Below the pieces are notes generated by a model. That model had not been told where the DNA came from, ran no database searches, and saw nothing but the letters and a program-made list of their open reading frames with translations. A stretch of DNA of 40,678 bases from Catajapyx aquilonaris (taxonomy: Eukaryota), in assembly GCA_000934665.2 (NCBI GenBank), contig JYFJ02003508.1:1-40678 (forward strand), read 5' to 3'. The translations under genes were made by a program, and so were the position numbers. Below, in pieces: positions 10,330 through 22,424 of the stretch (position 1 is the stretch's first letter; every line of letters begins with the position of its first letter).

Positions 10330-12048
10330 TCATGGTCTGTCCTCTGGATCAAGGATGGCCAAGAATAGTACGTTGAACTGATGCAATTTCTGGTCACGCT
10401 GTATCATCGCCTGCCTTCTTGTATTTTCAACGTGGTCACCCAGACCTAGAAGAGTGTTGGAGGTTTCCTGTACCTTCTGCTCAGCATCATGGACCTGGTA
10501 GATCTCCTTCAACTTTTGCTTGGCTTCTCCCACCTTCTGTTTGGCTTCCTGTACCTCATCTGTCTCATGCAGCTTCCGAAACACCTCTAGTAACTTCTCC
10601 TTGGCCTCTTCCACCTTCAGTTTGACCTTCTGTATCTGACGTGTCTCTTGTATCTTCCGATAGACCTTCTTCAAATTCTCCTCTTCCTTTGTAATTTTCA
10701 TCCTGGCCTCATGCACTTGATTTGTCCTATTTACCTTTCGGTTGGTCTTCCGCAGCATCTTCTTAGCCTCTTCCAACTTCTGTTTGGCCTCGTATACCTG
10801 GTTTGTCTCAGGTACATTCTGACAGGCCTCCTGCAATTTATTGTAGGCTTCTTCCATGTTCTGCTGCGCCTTCCACACCTCATCGTCTCTCTCATACATA
10901 TTCCGGTAGGCCTTCCGAAACATCCGTTTTTTATCTTCCATCATTTGGCTGGCCTTCACTGTCTCAGGTATCTTCTGGTAGACCTCCTGCAACTTCTGTC
11001 TGGCCTCCTGTACCATCTTCTTGGCTTCGTACACCTGTTCTGTCTTATTTACTTTTCTGTAGATTGCCCGTAACTTACCGTCGGCCTCTTCAGCATTCAG
11101 CATGGCTTCCTTCAGTTGCTGTGTCTTATTTACCTTCTGGTGCGCATCCATCAACTTCATCTTGGCTTCTTCCACTTGATTCTTGGTCTCCTGCACCTGG
11201 TATGTCTCATGTATCTGCCCGTACACTTCCTGCAACTTCTTCTCTGCCTCTTCCACTGTCTGTTTGGCCTGCTGCACTTCATTGGTCTCCTGTACCTTCC
11301 TGTAGGCCTTCCACAACTTATGGCTGGCATGTTCAGCCTTCCTATAGGCCTCCTTCACATGATCTGCCTTATTTACTTTCCACCAGGCATCCTGCAACTC
11401 TCTCTTGGCTTCTTCTACTTTCATCTTAGCATCCTGCACCTCAGGTACCATCTGATAAGCCTCCTGCAATTTCTGCTTAGCCTCTTCCACCTTCAGCTTG
11501 ACCTTCTGCATCTCATTTGCCTTCTGCACCTTCTGCTGGGTGTCCACATACTTATGCTTGGCCGCTTTCAGCTTCTTCTTGGCTTCCTGCATCTGGTCTG
11601 TCTCTTGTAGCTTCCTGTAGACCTTCTTCAACTTTAGCTTCGCCTCTCTCACATCCTGCTTGGCCTCCTCTGCCTGATCTGTCTTATTTACCTTCTGATA
11701 GGCTTCCATCAGTTTCACCTTGGCATCTCCAACCATATGCTTGGCCTCCTGCAACTTACTGTTGGCCTCTTCTACCATCTGCTCAAAGTCTTGTATTTGG
11801 TCTGTCTGATATACCTTCTGGTAGGCCTCCTTCAACTTCATCTTGGCCTCTTCTACCTTCCGCTTGGCATCCTGCATCTCCTTCTCAGCTTCCTCCATCT
11901 TCCGGTTGGACTCCTGCTCAATGGAGTTCCACCTGGCACGCAGAACTGCAACGTACTTACGCATGGTGGACTCTGGTCGCTCAACACGGCCACGGAGGGC
12001 AGCCCTGGGGTCGAACCTGGGGCTGAGCGACTGCCCTAGGGCGAACAT
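10330..12048 (-). CDS. Uncharacterised alpha-helical protein with ~17 degenerate 27-aa tandem repeats
   Basis: ORF of ~1.7 kb without stops despite repeat divergence; consensus ~EAKQKLQEAYRKVQETDQVQEAKQKVE; strongly K/E/Q/A biased. A likely acceptor (TTCTTACAG) at 12051 precedes the ATG at 12048. The start is uncertain. Confidence 0.75.
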   Translation of the reverse strand: MFALGQSLSPRFDPRAALRGRVERPESTMRKYVAVLRARWNSIEQESNRKMEEAEKEMQDAKRKVEEAKMKLKEAYQKVYQTDQIQDFEQMVEEANSKLQEAKHMVGDAKVKLMEAYQKVNKTDQAEEAKQDVREAKLKLKKVYRKLQETDQMQEAKKKLKAAKHKYVDTQQKVQKANEMQKVKLKVEEAKQKLQEAYQMVPEVQDAKMKVEEAKRELQDAWWKVNKADHVKEAYRKAEHASHKLWKAYRKVQETNEVQQAKQTVEEAEKKLQEVYGQIHETYQVQETKNQVEEAKMKLMDAHQKVNKTQQLKEAMLNAEEADGKLRAIYRKVNKTEQVYEAKKMVQEARQKLQEVYQKIPETVKASQMMEDKKRMFRKAYRNMYERDDEVWKAQQNMEEAYNKLQEACQNVPETNQVYEAKQKLEEAKKMLRKTNRKVNRTNQVHEARMKITKEEENLKKVYRKIQETRQIQKVKLKVEEAKEKLLEVFRKLHETDEVQEAKQKVGEAKQKLKEIYQVHDAEQKVQETSNTLLGLGDHVENTRRQAMIQRDQKLHQFNVLFLAILDPEDRP

Positions 12049-12850
12049 ACCTGTAAGAACAAAGTTATAAAGATGAGACTGCGGCTTGGCTTCGTAGGTC
12101 AGGGCCTGTACCTTCTTCAAAGTTCTCGAAAAGGTCGCAGGTCACAAAGCACTGAAGGGGCACCATTCAATAGTTCAACTGAGGTCAAAAAAGTGCGTTC
12201 CATTTGCTCGTTATTCACTTGTTACGTTGTTGATGTACCTTACCCGCAGTAGTACCAACGGTATTTTGTCGTCATTATCTAATCGGTTGATGATCGGTCC
12301 CAGTAAGCTGTGATGGTCAATAATGTAAGGACTACACATGCTAACTGACTGTGAGAAACAAAATGAGGCGATTTGTTTTCTTTACATACAGTAGGCCTAC
12401 ATGTTAGTTCAATTTCTTGTTACATCATCGATAATTTGGTTGTGTCCACTTCTCGACAATGAATATGTCAGGCAATCAGGGTGTAACTGTCATCACTCCA
12501 TCTAAACACAGTCTGTATAATCGTAGTGCACCTCTTTCATACGTATTTATCCATTAAGCATTGTTGGTCGTACCTTATAGAATGTAATATTATATTATCA
12601 ATTAACAATTTATTAATAATTTTACAATTTTATCGCCCTTGTGTGATGCCGAGGAGGTGACAATGCCTGATGACCCTGCCAGACACATGCTACAAAAATA
12701 AACCATTTGGCATATTGTAGTACAACACCTGAAATCAATAGGACAATCGATATGTTGTAATGTCTCTGTGGGAAATATTGCATGTTGAAGTGCTTGATTG
12801 TGAAGAGCAAGTGTTTTCGCTTCTATACAGTACCCCCTTCAGCATACTGA

Positions 12851-14087
12851 CAAGGGAAGGTCACGGGGTGATAATGACGGATCTTGATGAAATTTAATAT
12901 GCTAATACAGGACAATATATGATACCCAAAAATGAAATATTTCGTGCGGAACCTCATATTTGCAAAAGTTATGACGTCTTAAAGTTCCAAAAATAATACA
13001 TTTTCATACTCCATGGGATTGCATTAGCGACCACATATAATGACACTGAAGTGTGTAATCAGTTTCTAGAACTTTTCTCATCGGAAAAAAGTCTTACAGA
13101 ACGGCTCTGGCCGTCCGTCCGTCCGTCTGTGGACATGTATCAAGGCCTAAACCGTAAGAGATAGCGACAAACGGTTTTCATATTCGGATTGAGCGTGACC
13201 AAAATAGGTTTCATGGTCAACTTCTGGTGACCCGCCACTTTCGGTCTTCAGGGTTCACTCTATCCTCACAAGTCTATACTTTACGGGCGGGTTTTCGTTG
13301 GATTTCGAAGTTAGTTTCCGTGTATTCCTGACCGTGTTTTTCGGGGATTTACTCTGGGTTTTACCTGACTCTCTGGCACAGGGGCTGTGGAATTTATTCC
13401 TGATGTTGGACATGTTTGCAATGAGCGTCATCGGCCGCCATGATGTTATCGCCCAAGCCGATACTGGAATCGATATGTTGCCTAGGTTACGATATATCGA
13501 TTCACATGCTCCCTGTAAGAATGAGAAAAGGTCTCATCGAATCCCGCTCACGTGAGGTAAAACCCGGAGTAAATCCCCGAAAAACACGGTCAGGAATGCA
13601 CGGAAACTAACTTCGAAATCCAACGATAACCCGCCCGTAAAGTAGACTTGTGCAGTTGTGTGGATAGAGTGAACCCGGAAGACCGGAAGTGGCGTGTCAC
13701 CAGAACGAGTTGACCATGAAACCTATTTTGGTCACTCTCAATCCGAATATGAAAACCGTTTGTCGCTATCTCTTACGGTTTGGGCCTTGATACCTGTCCA
13801 CAGACGGACGGACGGACGGCCAGAGCCGTTCTGTAGGACTTTTTCCTGTGAGAAAAGGTCTAGAAACTGATTACCCACTTCAATGTCATTATACTTGTAA
13901 TATGTGGTCGCTAATGTAATCCCATGGAGTATGAAAATGGATTATTTTTAGAACTTTAAGACGTCATAACTTTTGCAAATATGGGGTTCCGCACGAAATA
14001 TTTCATTTTTGGGTATCATATATTGTCCTGTATTAGCATGCTAAATTTCATCAAGATCCGTCATTATCACCCCGTGACCTTCCCTTG
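12851..14087. mobile_element. Foldback-type element with ~520-bp inverted arms
   Basis: Left arm 12851-13366 (CAAGGGAAGGTCACGGGGTG...) and right arm 13555-14087 (...CACCCCGTGACCTTCCCTTG) flank a ~190-bp spacer. Each arm has a (GTCC)n microsatellite. No ORF and no obvious target-site duplication. Confidence 0.88.
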
Positions 14088-14216
14088 AGCTTATGGAGGC
14101 AATCATTGTAAAACTAATCATTGGCATCACGAAGGCATCAATAATGACAGCTAAGTTATGGGCCACCTAATGTGCTCTCAACGTCACCAGAATAGTTTGT
14201 GTCTGTGATGTCACCA

Positions 14217-14734
14217 TCAAGGAGTTATCACTGCGTCGGTTGTGTTGGCCGAAGTAGTTGTGACAGCATCCTCCAACTTTTCTCCTACTTTGAACTGAGT
14301 CAAGACAATCAGGTACGTCGTCACAGCACCAGCAACCTTCAAAGAGTGTACAGTAATGTTTACATATCATGACTGTGTAGTTATACGAATAGTTTCACAG
14401 AAGCGCAACTCACGGAGGTCAACAGGCCGCGATTGACCGTGAAGTAATTGGCCGCAGTTATCTCCATGGGATGACCTATCATATTCCAGATTAGTGATTC
14501 AATCTGAAAGAAATGATCACCTATTCGTTTATGGAAATTCTCGTGTATCATGATTGTATTGTGTGCTGGGAGCTGCTTGCACAGGGGATATAGTGTAAAA
14601 CCCATGCAGGATAAAACACACTTACATTTGACTTGATGCGTGGGTTGGTCACTTCACGATTCGCTTTTATCAGGTGGGGAAGTGACCTGGTGCTCTGAAA
14701 AGAAAAGAAAAAGAAAAATGCTAAAAAATCGCAT

Positions 14735-14769
<35 letters not shown>

Positions 14770-15735
14770 CTGTCGTTGAATGGATCCTATGGTGCTGGAG
14801 AAAGCAGCCAGGGAAGATGCCGCTACAGCGACGGCAACCAGCCCTAACCCAGTTACAAATGGTGGCGCCGTTGCCAACATAAAATAAAAGAGGCAGACTG
14901 TGCTCCATATCACAAATATAAGAAATGTTGTCATTATAAATATTCCGTAAGTGTTGTCCATCATGTCCGCAAGAAGACCCAGTTCGTGATACAGATCGGC
15001 AGTATACCTCATGTTACGGATCATGCGCACATTATTCTGTGCCGATTCTGTAAACTTGTCGAGCAAATGGCACATTCTGAGCACTTCTTTGTTGAAATCC
15101 TCGAGGTGTGACAAGTGAACGTGCACCAAAAATGTCAACTGAATTGAAATCAGGGCCAGGAAGAAGACGCAATGCAAATATAAGAAAGCGCAAGTTAATT
15201 CTGTTACATTCAATCGTCCCGGCATCAGTAATAGACCTGAGATCATTTCAGCCACAAGTAATGGTGGGAGGGAAACACAAGTGATCACCAGCAGGATTGC
15301 ATAAGTCCTCAATTTCTTCTGATGGTTTTTCACATCCAGATGTGAAAAGCGGCGAATCAATTTCCAAATGGCAGGCACTCGTCTCTGGATCACAATGAAG
15401 TTAATCCATGGACCACCATATACAACCGCTTCCGAGAATGCAAACGCGACTCTTTGCGTTGGACTTTCCCACTGTCCCTCAGCAGTCCACGACAGACGTG
15501 GCTTACACGCAAGTACGGTGATATACGTGGCAAGACATACAAAATGCGCCAATGTTGGCCACCGTCTGTACCACTTCCCTGCAAGATCGTGGTTTTTGGG
15601 CCACGGAAAAGGAGCGATTCCTCCAACCACTGACAAGATGGCCACTGGTCTCAACACTTCCCAAAATGCATTGTCCTCCTCTGAATTTTCCTTTACATTT
15701 TGGGGCCCTTCCACCGGAATTGCAATTGTCGACAT
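14217..15735 (-). CDS. Gustatory receptor GR-1 (7TM chemoreceptor), 4 exons, 414 aa
   Basis: Exons 15735-14770, 14694-14626, 14503-14414, 14336-14217, all with phase-0 GT-AG introns. Multiple hydrophobic helices, ITAANYFTVNRGLL, and the GR signature TYLIVLTQF. Confidence 0.92.
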
Positions 15736-16184
15736 GACACAAATTGAAAATTATTGCCAACCTTTTCAGCTCCTGCCTTACGCTATCTTCAGCCTGTAAC
15801 TTTTCACTTTTTGGTCCAAGAATGGCAGAAACATTTCCAACCAACCTTCATACCACACACTTCCTTCCTTTTCCATCGATTACCACTTGGCTTCGTTCCC
15901 ATGTCACTGCGTGGCGTGTTGCATGACCATATAGTATGTAGAACCTACAGTGACAAAGTAGTGGACAGCAAACAGATATGGACAATTATTAATATTATGG
16001 TTGTCGATAACTTGTCTTGTCTCTCATGAGTAGCCTAAGGTTCGTCGTTCTTACTCACGGTCAGCTCAAGGATACCGAAAGGATACCAAGATAAATGGGA
16101 AAAGTAAATGTTGAGGCTGTTACGTTGCATACAGAAATTCTCAGTCAAAAAGACAAATTGCATTTAAGTTATATGATGGTTATA

Positions 16185-17711
16185 TCATGGTGTCAGTGTC
16201 ACATTTTCTGCAGATGCTCGCTCAGAAGTCACAACAGTAAAGTTAATCGAGGCAGCGGAGGTAACGTCATCTTCCATAGCATCTTCCGATATCTTGAACT
16301 GTGCCAGGACTATCAGGTATGTCGTCACAGCACCCACGACCTGTAATTTGTTACAATAAAATTATGTAATTCATGTCAACTTTGAACTTTGCACTCTTAC
16401 GGCTGTCAGAAGGCCACGATTGACTGGAAAATAACTAGATGCCGTTATCTCGATGGGAGGACCAGTCATCTTCTGGATTAAGGCCTCGAACTGGGAATAG
16501 AACATTGGTTACTGTTGAACTGTCATCCGACGAACACAGGTTGTAATCAGAGTTATCGTGTGATAATTAATTTAATACAACTTACATCTGATTTAACAGT
16601 TGGGTTGGTCACCATTCGATTGACGTGGATTAGATGGGTTAGTGCCTTCGTGCTCTGTGAATAATCATGTCATACTCAATCAATTTTAGTAATAATATTG
16701 TCACCATACCTGTCGCGGGATAGATCCAATAATGACAGTCAGTGCCATCATTGATAATAACGCAGCGACAATAATGGCAGCCCACATGAGTAAAAATGTT
16801 ACTATGGCCTGATTCAACATCATAAGGAAAGAGAAAAGAAAGCTTGTGATCCACACCACGAGGATCAGATAGGTGATCATTATGGAATTTCCATAGATGT
16901 TGTCCATGTTCTCAACTAGAAGGCACAGCTCGTAGAAGAGGTCGGCCAAAGAGGCCAACTTTCGCCTGATGCTCAGGTCATGCTGTCCATTGGGAGATGA
17001 GCTCAGAGAAGAGCACACTCCCATCATTTGCTTGTTGAAATACTGCAGCTGAGAACGGACAACAATCACGAGGAACGCAACTTGAACCTGAATCAAGTTG
17101 AACAGAAACAAGGCGTGCAAAATGATAAGCAATTCAAAAAACCCAAACCAGTGCATCTTACGAAAGAACCAATAAAAATCCCACACTGCTTCAACCAAAA
17201 GCAGTAAGAAGCACCCTGCCACTAGCAGAAGACAATATTTCTTTAGTTTTCTGTCTACGTTGAGTTGAGAGAAGCGATGGAACAGTTTCCATATTTTGGA
17301 TACTTTCACGTGAACCTGAATGTAATTGGCCCACGGCGCAGCCAGGATCACAACTTGCTGTATAATGGTGGTTACTCTTCTCGTCGAGAGAGAAGTATCT
17401 TCGTTCACCCACCATGGAGGCTTGCACATAAGTACTGTGAAGTACGTGATGAGGAGAAGGAAGTGGATGGTGGTGGGCCACCGTCTCTGCCACTTCCAAT
17501 TGACGTCATCCTTCCTCCTTGGCCACGGGTAAGGAGAGATCCCTCCAATCCCTGCCAAAATGGCCATGGGTCTTGCCACACTCCAAAATACTCTCTCATT
17601 GTTGTGGGCATCTTTGGCGTCTCCTTCGTTGTGATTCGTCTCCTTTGCTGGACGCACAGTCGAGGGTGCAGAAATTGCTGATGCCCATTTGGTGCTTCCA
17701 AAAGTCTGCAT
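16185..17711 (-). CDS. Gustatory receptor GR-2, 4 exons
   Basis: Exons 17711-16710, 16654-16586, 16490-16401, 16340-16185 with phase-0 introns; TYLIVLAQF motif. The start is taken at the first ATG. Confidence 0.92.
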
Positions 17712-19022
17712 GTTTCTGAAATGCAAGTGCGGGTGTGCAACTAGTCAAAATAAGTAAAGTACATCATCTTACCAGCAGAAGTTGAGAACTTCAGAGTCAG
17801 ACTCGTCCACACAGCGACGATAACATAGCAAATGAGCTATGAACCATATGATAGTAACCGATATATTTTTCTCTCAATGTTGTGATTACACCAGCAGTGT
17901 TCGTAACATGGCAAATCGTCTTAACAACATCTGCGTCATTTTGTTTCTATAGCTGTAGGGCCTACAAGTGCAACACGTGCAATGTGGACGGATACATGCG
18001 TCACAAGTAGCATTAATGTTGATCTTTTACTCGCCCGAAGAATAATTATTATTCTTAATATTGTTGCAGGTCTTACTTTCAACGCCGATAGCACATAATA
18101 TAGGAATTATTAACTATCCATAAATGGAGTCGATTTCTTACAAAAATGTATAAATTATGGTCTAGTCTCTAGTCAGTCTAGTGTAATGCGACTACTATAC
18201 TGGCTAAGAAGCCACACAATAATTGCCAGTGATAGCCTATGTTTACTGTCAAAGAGTGGGAGGCACTCATACTAGGAGGAACTGCTAAGGAGACACAACA
18301 TTGGCAGTAACAACCAATGTTGCATGTCAAAGAGGGTTTCTAAGTTAGTGGAAGGCACAAACACTCGAATGAAAAGTATCCCCAAGGACGAGTATGTCTA
18401 TATTTTGTAAATTGCCGTAATCGATCCACAAAGTCATTGGGCATGAAACAATTTGAGCCAATGTAGTTTTATGATGACTTGATAACAACATGTGACACTT
18501 CCGTCAATAGCAACCGACCTTACATGTCAAAGAGCCGCTTTAGGGTCTCTTGGGCATCAGAAGACAGTGAGGGTCACACGCACATATTTCAGTAGGCGAG
18601 AAAAAACATTTAGTGGCTCACTCTGTAACATGCAAGTTATACTCTTGAGTCGAATACATGCCAAGGCAATTATATACGTGAAGAATACGCTGTTTAAAAA
18701 AATGCTATTTAAAAACTAATTCCACCTGAAACACTACCCTTTAACTAGGCCCTCTTGTTACTTCACATTATTATTATGAAGGAATAACTGTTGGTCATTT
18801 AATATTGATGTAGATTTATTGATCAGACAGACTATTATTATAAGTTACCGATATGTATTATTTCGGTCAGTATTGATCATACAATCATCATCAGTGCTCC
18901 GTATCGTGCCAACTAAATAATTGTAATGAAGTCACTACCAAGAGATCAAAGTAGCCAAAGTGTTCAAATGAGTTTCTTGACATGAAAGAGATGTGAGACA
19001 TTTTGGATTTGAATAAGAGGCT

Positions 19023-20567
19023 TCATGGTGTCAAGGTCATATTTGCTGTCATGGTCACATTTGCTGCCAATGTCGGCTCAGAAGTGACATCGGTAGTATT
19101 AGTCGTAGGATGGGAGGTCTCGACGATATCCAAAGCTTCTTCCGCTACCTTAAATTGGGCCAGGACTATCAAGTATGTCGTGACAGCACCCACCACCTGA
19201 AATATTATGCAACGAAATTAAGCTGCGAGTTTTAACTGTTCATATTTATCACTCTTACGGCTGTCAGAAGGCCACGATTGATGGTAAAATAACTGGATGC
19301 AGTGATCTCGATGGGAGGACCAGTCATCTTCTGGATTAGAGCTTCGATCTGAAAACAAAATAATCTTATTGTCGATTACTGTTGACCTACCTTCCAGCGG
19401 ATGCTACCAATGTCATGAAATAATGCAACTTACATCTGATTTAACAACAGGGTTGGTCACTAGCCGATTGACGTGGATTAGATGGATTAATGCCTTTGTG
19501 CTCTGTAAATATCATCATATAACAATATTGGTTAATTCCGTTAAATTTTGTCATACCTGCCGCGGAATAGATCCGAGAATGACAGTCAGCGCCATCATTG
19601 ATGCTAATACGGCAACAATAATGACAGCCCACAGCAGTAAAGATATTAATTCCTCTTTACCCGACAGAACAATGAAGTAGAAAAGATAGCTAGTGCTCCA
19701 TACAACAAAGTTCAGATAGGTGATCATAATAGACGTCCCATAGATCTTGTCCATGTTCTGAACTAAAAGGTACAGTTCGTAGAAGAGGTCGGTTAACGAG
19801 GTCAATTTTCGTCTGATGCTGAGGTCATTCTGTCCTTTGGGAGATGAGCACAGATCAGAGCACACCTCCATCATTTGCTTGTTGAAATGCTGCAGCTGAG
19901 AGCGAATAACAATCACGAGGAATATAATCTGAACCGGAATCAGATTGAACAGAAACAATGAGTGCAAAAACAAGAGCAAATAAAACAACCCATACCACTC
20001 CGGTTCAGTAAGGAAATCAACAAGAGCGCTAAGTCGTTCAAGCAAAGTCAGCAAGAAGCACACTGCCACTAGCAGAATAGAATATTTCTTCAGTTTTCTA
20101 TCAACGTTGAGTTGAGAGAAGCGGTGGAACAGCTTCCATATTTTGGACACTTTGACTAGAACTTGAAAGTAATTGGCCCACGGCGCACCCAGGATCACAG
20201 TTTGCATTATAACGTATGTGGCCAGTTCTGTCGATTTTGACGTATCTCTGCCCACCCAATTTGGTGGAGGCTTGTAGATAAGTATTATGGCGTAAGTGGC
20301 CAGGAGAAAGAAGTGGATGATGGTGGGCCACCGTCTGTGCCACTTCCAATTGACGTCATTCTTGTTCCTAGGCCACGGGTAAGGACTGATTCCTCCGAAC
20401 ACTGCCAAAATGGCCATGGGTCTGGCCACACTCCAAAACGCCTCTTCCTTCTCATTATTGACAATTTCCTTCGATTCTTCTTCATCTTGATTAGCCTCCT
20501 TTGATGGACTCACAGTCGAGAGTGTAGCAATCACTGAGGCCCATTTCGTGCTTTCCGAAATCCGCAT
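19023..20567 (-). CDS. Gustatory receptor GR-3, 4 exons, close paralog of GR-2
   Basis: Exons 20567-19557, 19502-19434, 19348-19259, 19196-19023; same internal exon sizes (69 and 90 nt) as GR-1 and GR-2; TYLIVLAQF motif. Confidence 0.92.
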
Positions 20568-21867
20568 GGTTTTAGAATTATTCAAGAGTGTTGATGACTT
20601 GGAATGCAATTTGACGAGTAAGATAAGTGATAAGTTCAGTTATAGTGAGTATTGCTGTTGAGTTACTTTTCAACAAGACGATTACCTCAAGTGAAAGTGT
20701 CATTTAAATTATTACGAAGCACACGACGTATGAAAAGCTAGCAAATAGCACACACAAGCAGCATCAACTTCACACTGAGACATACACTACAAAGTTACAA
20801 ATGCTCAAAATGTTGTGACTACATAAGCAGTCTCATAGCAAATTGTCATAACAACTTGCGCGTCATTTTGTTTCTATAGCTGTTGGCTACAGTAAGCACA
20901 ACCATTGCAATGTCGACGGATAAATAATTATAACTAGTACTACCGAAGTTGCATGTCAAATATTGTTTCCTAGAGACACTCACACTCGAAAAGAAAATAT
21001 CCTCAAGGATATCTGTGTTTTTGTCTTTTGCATTTACATGGAGAGGGAAAATTACGTTACCTTGGCACTGGTACCTCGACCTACCACAAAAATATTGATG
21101 ACTTCCTTCATATGACAGCCTCGAGAAATGAGCCTAATTTTAATCACGAAACGCATAATTTTCATCAATAAGCCTAAGAGTTCAATAACTTTGCTTCTTT
21201 CCATACAAATTGCTACAAAACCATAAAAGTGTGAAATATTAAACTTAGCAAATTTTTCTCAAAACATAATAACATTCAAGGTATTAAGGTGTCAATCAGA
21301 GACGACAGATTTGTTTGGTACCTTTTCACCCGTCCGATATAATGGACACTTCCGCTCTAGTGCAGATTATTTTTATCTCGGAATCAATGTCCCTACAATA
21401 AAATAAATAAAATAATTAATTAAATAAATAAATTAAAGTGAAATTAATCAAAGTATCACAAAGAATTCTACCACATCACTGAAATATGGATTCCCGACGG
21501 AATCCTTCACAAAAACACCATAATAGAAATGTAGTGTTGTTCGTTATCTTTAATTTATTTCTGGTATTAATATTAACATTCCTTTAAAATGGCAGCACCT
21601 CAGTTTTTGACTAATTTTATTTCCAATGTGTACAATATCGACTACAGTCCAATAAACCAAAGAACGATCTTACGTCACGTTCAGCCAGCCTCCACCTGGA
21701 TCTTCCATCCTCGAATAACTCGGCATGCACTACTGCGCATGGTCAGAAAACACGTCTGGTGTGACGTCAGATCGTTCTTTGGTTTAAATGACCCGACATA
21801 GTTGCTGTAAGAGAATATAATAGTGTTATCAGCACAATCCGGGTGGCCTACCGTTTCAACCAATAAC

Positions 21868-22381
21868 TCATCTTCTGTATGGTGGACCATGTAAACGCGG
21901 CTCTAGTTCTGCTGGCTCATAGATTGATGTAGGGCTCCCCATGCCAAACGAAGGACCCCATGGTTGTGGGCCCCATTGTGATGACCCATATGGTGGTTGT
22001 CCTGAAAAGACAGAAAAGTTTCAATTGGTAATACTTCCACCTTAGCAACACTAATTAGAGGACCATATGTTCTTGATGTAGGGTCACTTTGTGTAGGGTG
22101 CTGCCCATTGAAAAACGGTGGGAGTTGGCTCCATGGTTGGTCCAATGGTAGTGGGAACCATGCTAGTGGACCCCATGGTATTGCTGGTCCTATTGGTCCA
22201 TATACTGAAAAGATACAAAAGTTGCAATTGGTAGACTTTTACCTTAGCAACTAATAATATTAGAGCACCATTTGTTAATGGTATGATTTAAAAAATAACA
22301 GTCGACATTACCTTGAGGTCTAGCCACATTGAGGTGGAAGATTGTCGGCAGCAAAAATAGGTACAACCACATCGCTCTCAT
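21868..22381 (-). CDS. Putative small secreted Pro/Gly/Trp-rich protein (2-3 exons)
   Basis: Exon 1 (22381-22312) encodes MRAMWLYLFLLPTIFHLNVARPQ followed by donor GTAATG. Acceptor TCTTTTCAG opens exon 2 at 22204 (VYGPIGPAIPWGPLAWFP...). A second acceptor opens exon 3 at 22001 (GQPPYGSSQWGPQPWGP...HGPPYRR*). The exon 2 donor is weak. Confidence 0.6.
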
Positions 22382-22416
22382 TGCACTTCGTCTAATCCAC
22401 TAATCCAGATTACACG

Positions 22417-22424
22417 TATTTATA
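22417..22424 (-). promoter_or_regulatory. Candidate TATA box of the small secreted-protein gene
   Basis: TATAAATA on the minus strand ~40 nt upstream of the ATG at 22381, followed by an initiator-like TTAGT. Confidence 0.4.

Noticed and set aside
10419..12070. Leu/Pro/Ser-rich + strand ORFs
   Set aside because: Antisense shadows of the K/E/Q-rich repeat gene.
14755..15735. GR ORFs appearing C-terminally truncated
   Set aside because: The ORF-track stops fall in introns; three further in-frame exons complete each gene.
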